From Nostoc sp. PCC 7120 = FACHB-418 (GTDB lineage: Bacteria; Cyanobacteriota; Cyanobacteriia; Cyanobacteriales; Nostocaceae): a DNA stretch of 32,000 nucleotides. Position 1 is the first letter of the stretch. Each line of letters opens with the position of its first letter. Positions 18,701-26,108 of this stretch are shown here, piece by piece. The position numbers were made by a program, and so were the translations under genes. The notes below the pieces were generated by a model. It saw nothing but the letters and a program-made list of their open reading frames with translations. It was not told the DNA's origin and ran no database searches. The stretch is from positions 69,966-101,965 of the forward strand of contig NC_003267.1 in NCBI RefSeq assembly GCF_000009705.1. Direction: 5' to 3'.

Positions 18701-20220
18701 GTACCAGTGATATTGTTGATCAAATTATTAGTAATTTCAGTAGTGCTGACTTGAGATAGATTGATTGCATTACCAACAACATTGTTAATAGTATTGCTGT
18801 GAATGATGGTTGTTCCAGCAATATTTTCTAGATAAATACCTTCTCCAAAAGGATTACTAATCTTATTATTGTCAATGATGACATTGCTAATATTAATACC
18901 CTGTATACCTCTTGCGCCCTCATTACCAGCAACTTGCAGATTAAATCCAGAAATCACGGAATTATTACCCAAAGTAATCAGTCCGTTTCCACTATTAACA
19001 GTTCCAGTAATTGTTGGATGTATCCCGCTACCGGATAAAGGTAAAGTGACGATACCTAAACCCTTGACGTTAACTACTTGTACAGGGCTACTAGAGAATA
19101 CGCGTACATCATTGGGAATTGTAAATGGTGGAAAGACAGTATTTTCATCAGAACGGACATAAATTACATTGTCTGCTTTAGCTACCGCCAAAGCTTGAGC
19201 AATTGAGCCATAAGGTGATTCAAACGTACCGTTACCAGTACCACCAGGAGCTACGTGAATAATGATTAATTGCTCACTATTATCAGTATTATTTGTAGGA
19301 GTATCAATACTATTCGTAGAACCTTCCTCCTCTGGTTCAACCATTGCTGCAAAAACATCCGTTCTATTTTCCACAGCAACTAGGATGGTAGCTTGATTGT
19401 CTACTGATTGCGCCATTCGTGTTAAAGCACTATTTTTAGATGGCTTACCTCTTCTTGCACCGCTACCAGGGAAATTAGCACCGATACTAAAAACTAGTCT
19501 CGTGTCAAATAAGTCATCATTTTGCAGAGACAGACTGAAACCCAAAAAATCATTAGGACGAGCTTCTATTCTAGTTTTCCAGCCAAACGCCTCCCGTGAT
19601 TCTCCGCCAGAGTAGTAGTACACGCCTGCATAACCCCGCAAGTCTCCACTACCCAGACTAGCTAGTCGTGTTCCAACTTCCGCATCGACACCGGACATAG
19701 CCACTTCTAAAAAGCGCGATCGCTGTACCATTAAGGAATCACCCTGAAAAAATGGCAGATTCGCCTGTTCAACTTGGTTTTCTGAACCATTCAAAGGAAG
19801 ATAGGCGTTAAAACGAAAATCCCAAACACCTAAAGTTTCAAAACCCAATCCTAATTGATCAAAATTACTCTTTCCAGTATCACGAGTAGAGTAAGAGATA
19901 TAACCACCAATGACACGATTAGCTTCTTCACTAAAAATTCGATGTCCTAATAAGATATTGGTAGCTAAATTTGAGTCATTGTCTAATAAAAGTTTGCCCT
20001 GTAGAAAAGTTAGACTATTTCCTGGTATTTGCAAAACAGGCAAAAATCCCTCAAAACTACTAAAAGATTCATATCCTGCACCTTCAGTGGTGTAGCGTAC
20101 TCCCACACGGGGTGTAAACACTTGTGCTGTCGTTGATGCGGGTGTTTGAGCAGATACTGTAGAAGCAGAAACCAACACCCCTAAGAAAGCTATGTAGCCT
20201 AAATATTGCAGATTATTCAT
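15757..20220 (-). CDS. inverse autotransporter (type Ve) with parallel beta-helix (PbH1) passenger
   Basis: The signal peptide is MNNLQYLGYIAFLGVLVSASTVSAQ. Residues ~40-280 match the intimin/invasin beta-barrel pattern (LTFLQGKL...NILLGHR...FDQLGLGFE...FNAYLPLNG...MSGVDAEVG...LRGYAGVYYYSG...RLVFSIGANF). A DUF1565-like entry follows (IIIHVAPGGTGNGTFESPYGSIAQALAVA), then ~1100 aa of NxIxN beta-helix coils. The ATG at 20220 is preferred over the TTG at 20250. Confidence 0.8.
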   Translation of the reverse strand: MNNLQYLGYIAFLGVLVSASTVSAQTPASTTAQVFTPRVGVRYTTEGAGYESFSSFEGFLPVLQIPGNSLTFLQGKLLLDNDSNLATNILLGHRIFSEEANRVIGGYISYSTRDTGKSNFDQLGLGFETLGVWDFRFNAYLPLNGSENQVEQANLPFFQGDSLMVQRSRFLEVAMSGVDAEVGTRLASLGSGDLRGYAGVYYYSGGESREAFGWKTRIEARPNDFLGFSLSLQNDDLFDTRLVFSIGANFPGSGARRGKPSKNSALTRMAQSVDNQATILVAVENRTDVFAAMVEPEEEGSTNSIDTPTNNTDNSEQLIIIHVAPGGTGNGTFESPYGSIAQALAVAKADNVIYVRSDENTVFPPFTIPNDVRVFSSSPVQVVNVKGLGIVTLPLSGSGIHPTITGTVNSGNGLITLGNNSVISGFNLQVAGNEGARGIQGINISNVIIDNNKISNPFGEGIYLENIAGTTIIHSNTINNVVGNAINLSQVSTTEITNNLINNITGTGILLTNVSDTSSITNNTISNTTGDGIQLSQVISPTITNNSITNSGNRGIFIENSTGTINISDNTLTDNNQEAIKLTEVTGTTTINQNTINGSNNSTGIDIANTTGDINLTIANNNLSENFNDIRVDLSTTTGTLQINNNIISNHGTAIDLQLVENTNLTNATINNNQITGTATSTTSQGIHLQAYDNAAIGDFEVSDNTISNMTNGDGTNFQLNGSSTATFNIAGNTISNIQDTDPGDFNFTEGINVEVFDNAKAEITVANNNISQVPVGNGIYMQFAGGDNAGSIDITDNTISQITTEGNGIDLQFFDNFDSNTNINTTVNIARNNISDIQGTGINAFNETPDNTIIVTVDQNTISNSSGDGINLNGVNNAQVINNNITNAGEQGIQVENANGTINVDSNTITDAQQESISLSEVTGTVSVSQNIVNGNNNHNGITITNIQGESNLLVNGNTLTENFNDIRVSLSNTTGTVEINNNIIENSGTAIDLQLGENTNLTNATINNNQITGTATSTTSQGINLQAYDNAAIGDFEVSDNTISNMTNGDGTNFQLNGSSTATFNIAGNTISNIQDTDPGDFNFTEGINVEVFDNAKAEITVANNNISQVPVGNGIYMQFAGGDNAGSIDITDNTISQITTEGNGIDLQFFDNFDSNTNINTTVNIARNNISDIQGTGINAFNKTPDNTIIVTVDQNTISNSFRDGINLNGVNNAQVINNNITNAGEQGIQVENANGTINVDSNTITDAQQESISLSEVTGTVSVSQNIANGNNNHNGIAIANTSSTTNLTVNSNQLTENFNDIRVSLSDTIGTLQINDNTISNNGTAMDVQLGANTNLTSVSLNNNQITGVDADITSSGINLQAFDNVVAGNVTAAGNTINTITNGDGMNFQLNGTSTATFQIATNIISNIRDTDAGDANFTDGINFEIFDAAGSTVELSNNVIDQIQGYGISITIFSSGSVNVTISNDNQITNTQDGEVFIAP
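15760..18650. repeat. tandem ~1014-bp (338-codon) modules inside the beta-helix passenger; two units ~99% identical
   Basis: 16382-17255 versus 17396-18269 showed about 8 mismatches by eye. The alternate-frame ORFs at 16722-16937 and 17736-17951 are identical. The flanking units (15760-16381 and 18270-18650) are roughly 65-75% identical. Confidence 0.9.
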
Positions 20221-20280
20221 TAGTAAACCCTGGTAAATCAATGAAGCCAAAAGTCGGAAGTTAGACTTTTTATGGTGATT

Positions 20281-20327
20281 AAAAAAAATAAAAAACTAAC
20301 CTAGAGACGTTGCAGTGCAACGTCTCT
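20281..20327 (-). terminator. intrinsic terminator after phoX
   Basis: 11-bp stem AGAGACGTTGC-AGT-GCAACGTCTCT (20303-20327). On the minus strand it is followed by TTAGTTTTTTATTTTTTTT (20302-20281). It sits 14 nt after the phoX stop. Confidence 0.75.
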
Positions 20328-20340
20328 CAAAACCCAAAAA

Positions 20341-22695
20341 TTAAACAAACCTACTGGTAGAATTTTTACGGCGAATCCCAATTACGCAAGGACGAGGAAC
20401 ACCTGTAGATTGTCCTAGTCCACCGTCGGCTGTGGGCATATTACTAGGCCAGCTACTACCACGCGGTACAGTGCGAGTCTGATTAAATGTAGTGCCGTTC
20501 AAATCCAACATTTCAATGCTGCGACTGAGTATCGTACCATCGTTAATCGGGCAATCTTCCCCTGGGTGCTGCACAGAAACAATCAGAGTATCACCCAAAA
20601 AAGTTGGGCCTGTGATTTCACAACGAACTGGCCCATAGCCAAAAGGTATGACTTTTCCAGCATCAGCCCCACTAGTAGGAATGTAAAATAGCCAGTTATT
20701 ACCAAACACACCCGTAAAGTTGGAAACATTACCCGCAGCACTATGATTAATGGTGTTTTGATTACCAGACGCACCAACATTAAAACCGTTGTGGGTGCTG
20801 GTGGACATATCAGTTACACCCCAAACGTTACCTTGGTTGTCAAAAGCCAAGTTATCAACGTTAGCAAAACCCGCACCACCAATTGAACCAGCTTCCCCAC
20901 CTTGAGCGAATTTTTGCCATGTAAAGGTTGTACCTGTACCATCGGCACTACCTTCAATAATTTTGTATAATCCGCCTGATTGTTGGGTAGCGTTGACATT
21001 ACCGCTTAATTTGGCAACTTGGAAAATACGGGAATCGGGATAACCATCACTACCAGGTGCGCCATCAGTATAGGCAATGAATACTTCTTTAGTTGTGGGG
21101 TGAACTTCGATGTCTTCAGGACGGGCGGTGGGAGTTCCCCCAACTAGATTAGCTGCGAGAAAGGCATCACAGAGAATAGCACCTTGGGAGGTGTAAAAAT
21201 TCTGTAATGTCTTGTTCTGATAACCTGGAAGTGCAGTAGCTTCGTTGGTACGTGTACAGCTAAATGTACCACCATCAGTAGTTTGCCCAGCGATACCGTT
21301 ACGTCTAGGTAAGGGTAAAAGACCGTTTCTTTGGGCTGAACCTAAAGCGGCAAATTCCACGGAGGAAAGGGTGGTGGGAGGAATAGGATTAGTAGGAGTA
21401 GTTAATAGTAGAGGTATCCATTCCCCTGTGCCATCTGGGTTGTATTTGGCAACGTAGAGAGTACCGTTTTCAAATAAAGCGCTATTGGTTTTACTGCTGA
21501 TTGTGCCAACATTACCATTGCTGACAAATTTCCAGGTGTGTCCACCGCGTCTATCATCACCCAGGTAAGCAACTAATTTTTTACCTGCTTCTACCCGCAT
21601 GGCAATGTTTTCATGACGATAACGACCTAACCAAGTATGCTTTTTAGGACGAAAATTAGGATTTACGGGGTCAATTTCTACCATCCAGCCGTATTTTTCG
21701 CCAACTAAACCGAAGGTTGTGCCTGTGGTTCCTGCTGTATAACCGACTTGTGTCCCATCTGGTTTAACGGCTTCTGTTACACCCATAAAAAATGGGCCAC
21801 CGCCTTGAAAGTTTTCTTCCGCCGATAAGATAGTTCCCCAAGGGGTTGTACCACCAGAGCAGTTATAAGCAGTACCAATGATTTTGTTACCCAGTCCATC
21901 AGAACTGAGGTTAAATACTTGTGTAGCGGCTGGGCCAGTACCTTCTAAATAGTTTTGGTCGCCTTGTTGATAACTTCGTCCACCCCAAGCCGTGATACTC
22001 TGATATCCATCACTTCTTTGACTGTTGATGCCTAACCCAGACAGCCCATGAATACGACGATTTTTGGCATCAGCAACAACTACAAAACGTCTGGCTATGT
22101 TACGGCGAGAAATACGGGTAATTGAACCACCTAAGTTGTATAAAAATTCCCCATCTAGTTCTAAGTTTCTAGAAGATGGTAAAGAACGACCAATTACTGG
22201 TGTAAATGTGGTGGTTAGTGCTTGCACGTCAGAGGGGGTTTCGGGCGCTAAACCGGAAATCGGGAAACTTACATATTCGTGATTTACCCACAAGTAACCT
22301 TCATCGGCACTTCTAACGACGGGAACAAAGCCTGTATAATCACAGTTATAGCCGACATATTCATCAGGGTTAGGAAATACTTTATCCCCCCAGCCAACAA
22401 TTACATAACGTTCATATTCTGGTGGTACAACTACATCATCAATGACGTTATAACTAGTTAATTTAACATCACTTGATGCCCCAAGTACTTGCCCTTGTCC
22501 TATTCCTGTGGGTAAAAAACTATTTATCTGTTGATAAACTGGTAGAGGATGGGGTAAACGCACAGGTGTAAAAGTTAATGTAGTTTGTGCTATTGCCTGA
22601 CTGGAAAAACCATCTAGAATTTTGTCTCCCAAGACAGCAGCACCAACACTACCAGCAAAAAAGACTAAAATTTGTCTTCGATTAAGTGTAGACAT
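20341..22695 (-). CDS. phoX: PhoX-family alkaline phosphatase (DUF839 beta-propeller), Tat-exported
   Basis: The twin-arginine signal is MSTLNRRQILVFFAGSVGAAVLG. PhoX blocks are CSGGTTPWGTILSAEENF, FANVDNLAFDNQGNVWGVTD and CEITGPTFLGDTLIVSVQHPGE. Confidence 0.9.
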   Translation of the reverse strand: MSTLNRRQILVFFAGSVGAAVLGDKILDGFSSQAIAQTTLTFTPVRLPHPLPVYQQINSFLPTGIGQGQVLGASSDVKLTSYNVIDDVVVPPEYERYVIVGWGDKVFPNPDEYVGYNCDYTGFVPVVRSADEGYLWVNHEYVSFPISGLAPETPSDVQALTTTFTPVIGRSLPSSRNLELDGEFLYNLGGSITRISRRNIARRFVVVADAKNRRIHGLSGLGINSQRSDGYQSITAWGGRSYQQGDQNYLEGTGPAATQVFNLSSDGLGNKIIGTAYNCSGGTTPWGTILSAEENFQGGGPFFMGVTEAVKPDGTQVGYTAGTTGTTFGLVGEKYGWMVEIDPVNPNFRPKKHTWLGRYRHENIAMRVEAGKKLVAYLGDDRRGGHTWKFVSNGNVGTISSKTNSALFENGTLYVAKYNPDGTGEWIPLLLTTPTNPIPPTTLSSVEFAALGSAQRNGLLPLPRRNGIAGQTTDGGTFSCTRTNEATALPGYQNKTLQNFYTSQGAILCDAFLAANLVGGTPTARPEDIEVHPTTKEVFIAYTDGAPGSDGYPDSRIFQVAKLSGNVNATQQSGGLYKIIEGSADGTGTTFTWQKFAQGGEAGSIGGAGFANVDNLAFDNQGNVWGVTDMSTSTHNGFNVGASGNQNTINHSAAGNVSNFTGVFGNNWLFYIPTSGADAGKVIPFGYGPVRCEITGPTFLGDTLIVSVQHPGEDCPINDGTILSRSIEMLDLNGTTFNQTRTVPRGSSWPSNMPTADGGLGQSTGVPRPCVIGIRRKNSTSRFV

Positions 22696-22765
22696 GAAAT
22701 TTTAATTTCCTTCAGTATGAAGCAAATTGGCATAGTAAAATTCCTAGCGATGACTCGTTAGGTCT

Positions 22766-22783
22766 AATATGCTCAAATATGCT
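22766..22783. promoter_or_regulatory. direct repeat AATATGCT x2 at 10-nt spacing upstream of phoX (possible Pho-box-like site)
   Basis: AATATGCT occurs at 22766-22773 and 22776-22783, 70-90 nt upstream of the phoX ATG. The resemblance to cyanobacterial Pho boxes is only loose. Confidence 0.2.
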
Positions 22784-23016
22784 GCTAAATTTTTTAAATC
22801 AACCCAATGACTACATAAAGTTACGAGTCAATTGCCTTACATATCTAGTCAAAGACTCAATAGCTATGTATATATATTTAGCTAGTCTCATCTAGCTGAT
22901 ACAGATCATGATGTAACCGCCTATATCTTAATTGTGTTTTTTAAAACTGTCACTACAGTTAAAATTAGTTAAAATAACAGACAGCCCCTATTTTTCCCTT
23001 ACTGGATCTGTAGGAA

Positions 23017-24054
23017 TCATAAAGAATAACCTGTAAAGTGAATGCGATCGCCTTGATTGAGCCTACGCAGATAAGAACTTCCCTCCGAGCGGTCTACGAC
23101 AATCACATCTTTGGCCTCAAATTGGTTGAGCAGTTCGATAGACTGAGTAGAAACAATTACCTGTTTCGAGGCAGTACGCATCAACGAAGCCAGTACCGTA
23201 ATAGCATAGGGATGAAGACCTAATTCTGGCTCATCAACAAGAATTGTTTCCGGCTGGAGGTCTTCAGGTTGCAGAAAAACCGTTGCTAGACACATAAAAC
23301 GCAGCGTACCATCCGAAAGCAAGTATGCCTTAAATGGAATATCCTGCCCCCGCTCGAACCATTCCAACTCAATCACTTCCTTGTTTTGGGGTGCAGGACG
23401 CAAGTAAAAGTCCCCAAAGAACGGAGCAACAAGCCGAATAGTTTTGACGATTCTTTGATAAGAAGCCGGGTAACTGTTACGCAACAGATACAAGAAAGAT
23501 GCAAGGTTGCGGGCATCAGGACGCAAGTAAGCATTGTCATTGATCCCGTGAGGCTGTTTGATGTAGGCACTCTCACTCGTGTCATGAAAATGATAAACCC
23601 GCCACTGCTGCATGGCAGACAAAACGTATTCGTCAATTCCCGTTCTTGTGCTGGTTAAAACCTTTGTCTCGAAATGACCCCTACCTATTTCATGCTCACC
23701 ACTCATGTTCCACCAAAAAGATTCCCTAGCGAACATCAAGCGATTGTCCTGGGTTGGTTCAAGGGTAGCGAAGTATCCATTATTGCCGAAGTATAACTGA
23801 AACTCTAAATGTTCTGTTGTTTTCCGTCCAAAGTGTAATAACGCATCAGGACTGCCTTGGCGACTAACAAACACTTGCAGATTCTCCTCCACCAACTGCC
23901 CAACCATGCGGAAGAAACCGATAAAGTTGGACTTCCCCGCCCCATTCGCGCCAATCAAAATGTTCACTCTAGAGATTTCTAGGTCACACTTGGCGATTGA
24001 CTTGAAGCCTTTTAAAACTATTCTCGACAGTTGTTTGTCTTTCGTTTCCGTCAT
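23017..24054 (-). CDS. stand-alone ABC/SMC-like AAA ATPase (AAA_21/COG4637-like)
   Basis: Walker A is LIGANGAGKSNF in the RecF/SMC-style N-terminus LKGFKSI. Walker B/D-loop is ILVDEPELGLHP. The late block is VIVSTQSIELL. No nuclease or partner domain is present. Confidence 0.8.
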   Translation of the reverse strand: MTETKDKQLSRIVLKGFKSIAKCDLEISRVNILIGANGAGKSNFIGFFRMVGQLVEENLQVFVSRQGSPDALLHFGRKTTEHLEFQLYFGNNGYFATLEPTQDNRLMFARESFWWNMSGEHEIGRGHFETKVLTSTRTGIDEYVLSAMQQWRVYHFHDTSESAYIKQPHGINDNAYLRPDARNLASFLYLLRNSYPASYQRIVKTIRLVAPFFGDFYLRPAPQNKEVIELEWFERGQDIPFKAYLLSDGTLRFMCLATVFLQPEDLQPETILVDEPELGLHPYAITVLASLMRTASKQVIVSTQSIELLNQFEAKDVIVVDRSEGSSYLRRLNQGDRIHFTGYSL

Positions 24055-24081
24055 AGAACAGTTTCCGACTAGAAAAGCTTT

Positions 24082-24400
24082 TTATTTGCTAGTTTCATTA
24101 TCTATTTTTTTATCTTCCTGACTTAGTTGTTGCCCAAACTCAGATATTGAACCTATAGTTACGGCTTTTTCTAACAATTGATTCAACAACTCAATATCAT
24201 ATAATTTATTTAATTTTTCTACTAATTCAGTAGGAACATCTTTAAATCGAATTGTTAGGATTTGAGAAATATTTTTCTGGGTAGCTTTTGCTATACCTAT
24301 GCGTTCTATGCTTGTTATGTATGTCATTTGCTGTTCAGCCTCAAAACGATCCAATTCGGCTTAAAAATTTAAGTCTAACTCCGATGGCAAAGTCATGATG
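24082..24400 (-). pseudogene. 3' fragment of an Rpn-like/DUF4351 gene (partial paralog of 24874-25815)
   Basis: It aligns with 24874-25170. Homology extends upstream of the track Met through an in-frame TAA (GGCTTAAAAATTT versus GGCTTGAAAATTT in the intact copy). It is lost at about 24400. Confidence 0.7.
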
Positions 24401-24459
24401 GAGAAATTTAAGGGTTGCCCTCGCCATACTAGAAAAATCAGTCTTATATCTTAACTGTA

Positions 24460-24726
24460 ATGACGATTAAAGAATTGCTATTACAAGAAATTGAAAATAC
24501 CCCCAACGAATTGCTAGAGGATCTACTTGGGTTTTTAAAATCACTCAAAGCAACCCCAGAACAGCCCCTAGCTACATACAGAGAACTTTTAGAACGCATT
24601 GATTACTTAGAAACTATCGTAGGTATTCGTAAAGGATTAGATGAGTTTGAGCAGGGTGAAAGGATTCCTGCCGAGCAAGCCTTGGCGACTCTACAACACA
24701 AATTTGGCATTCCGCCTCGCTCATGA
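24460..24726 (+). CDS. antitoxin-like protein (DUF2281-like N-terminus plus ParD/RelB-like C-terminus), apparently orphan
   Basis: MTIKELLLQEIENTPNELLEDLLGFLKSLKA resembles VapB/DUF2281 antitoxins. IVGIRKGLDEFEQGERIPAEQALATLQHKFG resembles ParD-type antitoxin tails. Its stop overlaps a downstream ATG (ATGA at 24723-24726). Confidence 0.55.
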   Translation: MTIKELLLQEIENTPNELLEDLLGFLKSLKATPEQPLATYRELLERIDYLETIVGIRKGLDEFEQGERIPAEQALATLQHKFGIPPRS

Positions 24727-24733
24727 CTAATGA

Positions 24734-24794
24734 CCCAATTGAAGCCTTTCGAGCATTTTTTGGGGCAGCTAAACCAACATTGGGGCAAACAGGT
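24734..24794 (+). repeat. copy A of a ~60-nt imperfect direct repeat flanking the Rpn-like gene
   Basis: About 75% identical to 26049-26108 with one 1-nt indel. Both copies end in TTGGGGCAAACAGGT. Confidence 0.6.
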
Positions 24795-24873
24795 AAACAG
24801 TCATTATCACAATTATTTTTACCTTTTGCTGGGCTTGATTACTATGGAAACTACTTCCAGCACCACTTGAAAA

Positions 24874-25815
24874 TTATGTGTTTGTATTTTCTTGACTTAA
24901 TTGTTGCCCAAACTCAGAAATTGAGCTTATGGTAATAGATTGTTTCAGCAACTGCTTGAGTCTGTCAAGCTCATAAATTTTCTTTAGTTGCTCAATCAAT
25001 TCAGGTGGAACGTTATTAAATCGAGTTTCTAGAACTTCAGTGATCGACTCCTGTAGAGTCTGCGCTCTGCCTATGCGTTCTATGCTTGTCATGTATGTCA
25101 TCTCTTGTTCAGCCTCAAAACGCTCCAATTCGGCTTGAAAATTTAAGTCTAATTCCGGTGGTAGAGTCATTAATCTATCTAGCAACCGGAAGATTTGCTG
25201 GATTTTATCTCTACTATAGCCTACCTCATACATTCGTTTAATTAGGCTCAACTTCCATTGCAAACGACCAGTTAAATCTTGAGTTGTCGCTTGTGTTCGC
25301 AGGTGCGCCATCACCAGTACAGCAAAAGGACTATCACTTTGTTCTAATTCTGACCAACGAGATTCATAGTCTAGTAGCTTGACAATGGGAAACTGAAGAC
25401 TCAAACGACATCCCCAACGTCCATAACTATATTCTTGCGGTCGCCAATTAGCTTGATTATCCCCCAGAATTGCCAAGCTAACCACTTCCTGGTTATAACG
25501 GTCAAAAATTCTGTAGTGATACGAAAACATCCGTTTAGTGAAGTTAGGATCTACTTGACTTTGAATTTCCAGGTGAATCAGCAACCAAGTTTCCTTTCCA
25601 TCTTTTAGCCAAACTTTGATTAGCTTATCGACAAATTGCTTACCAACTTCAGATTCTTTTATCAACTGCTGGAGTTCTTGCTCTAAAAATTCATAGCCTC
25701 GTTCCCAATCAATTTCTGCTTGAATCTCTGGAAAGAAGAATGCAAGAAACGCCTCAAAATATTGTTCTACGCCTTCTTTCCAAGCACCATCGTAATCGGC
25801 TCGTACTTCACTCAC
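24874..25815 (-). CDS. Rpn-family PD-(D/E)XK recombination-promoting nuclease / putative transposase with DUF4351-like C-terminus
   Basis: 313 aa. It has the DYDGAWKEGVEQYFEAFLAFFFPEI N-terminus and the nuclease core VDKLIKVW...LLIHLEIQS (D...E-x-Q/K). The C-terminus is MTSIERIGRAQ...LETRFNNVPPELIEQL. Confidence 0.7.
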   Translation of the reverse strand: MSEVRADYDGAWKEGVEQYFEAFLAFFFPEIQAEIDWERGYEFLEQELQQLIKESEVGKQFVDKLIKVWLKDGKETWLLIHLEIQSQVDPNFTKRMFSYHYRIFDRYNQEVVSLAILGDNQANWRPQEYSYGRWGCRLSLQFPIVKLLDYESRWSELEQSDSPFAVLVMAHLRTQATTQDLTGRLQWKLSLIKRMYEVGYSRDKIQQIFRLLDRLMTLPPELDLNFQAELERFEAEQEMTYMTSIERIGRAQTLQESITEVLETRFNNVPPELIEQLKKIYELDRLKQLLKQSITISSISEFGQQLSQENTNT

Positions 25816-26048
25816 AGGTTGTCTTACCTCTACTAGCTCTTAACTTGCACATTTTAAAACCCTTACACAGTAAAGCTTTGAGAAATATCGGTAAAATGTG
25901 CTTGTTTCATATTTTGCGGGAGCGTGCGATCGCGCCCGTGGGAGGCTCACATTTTACTAGGAATGACAAAATTTACTCAATGTTATGGATTTTTACATAG
26001 CAGTTAAAGTATTGGAGAATATCCGCAACGCCTAGTAAGGATTGATCA

Positions 26049-26108
26049 CCTAGTTGAAGCTATTGAAACTTTTTTAGGACAACTAGATCAACTTTGGGGC
26101 AAACAGGT
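26049..26108 (+). repeat. copy B of the ~60-nt imperfect direct repeat
   Basis: It lies in an open 3' coding remnant (26018-26152: ...RIDHLVEAIETFLGQLDQLWGKQVLKLGFVSQIGI-stop) with no upstream start. Confidence 0.6.

Noticed and set aside
24723-24935. 70-aa ORF coupled by ATGA to the antitoxin, considered as the cognate toxin.
   Set aside because: It has no RelE/ParE/PIN-like features. Its 5' third is a degenerate, frameshifted copy of the 26049-26108 repeat, and its 3' third overlaps the end of the Rpn-like gene.
24082-25815. A diversity-generating retroelement or shufflon as the explanation for the conserved-edge/variable-core Rpn paralogs.
   Set aside because: There is no reverse transcriptase, no template repeat with adenine-specific differences, and no invertase or inverted crossover sites in the window. 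Ordinary recombination between paralogs is the simpler explanation.
25740-26000. 86-aa + strand ORF upstream of the Rpn-like gene.
   Set aside because: It overlaps the Rpn-like gene start on the opposite strand, crosses a HIP1 site, and has no recognisable features.
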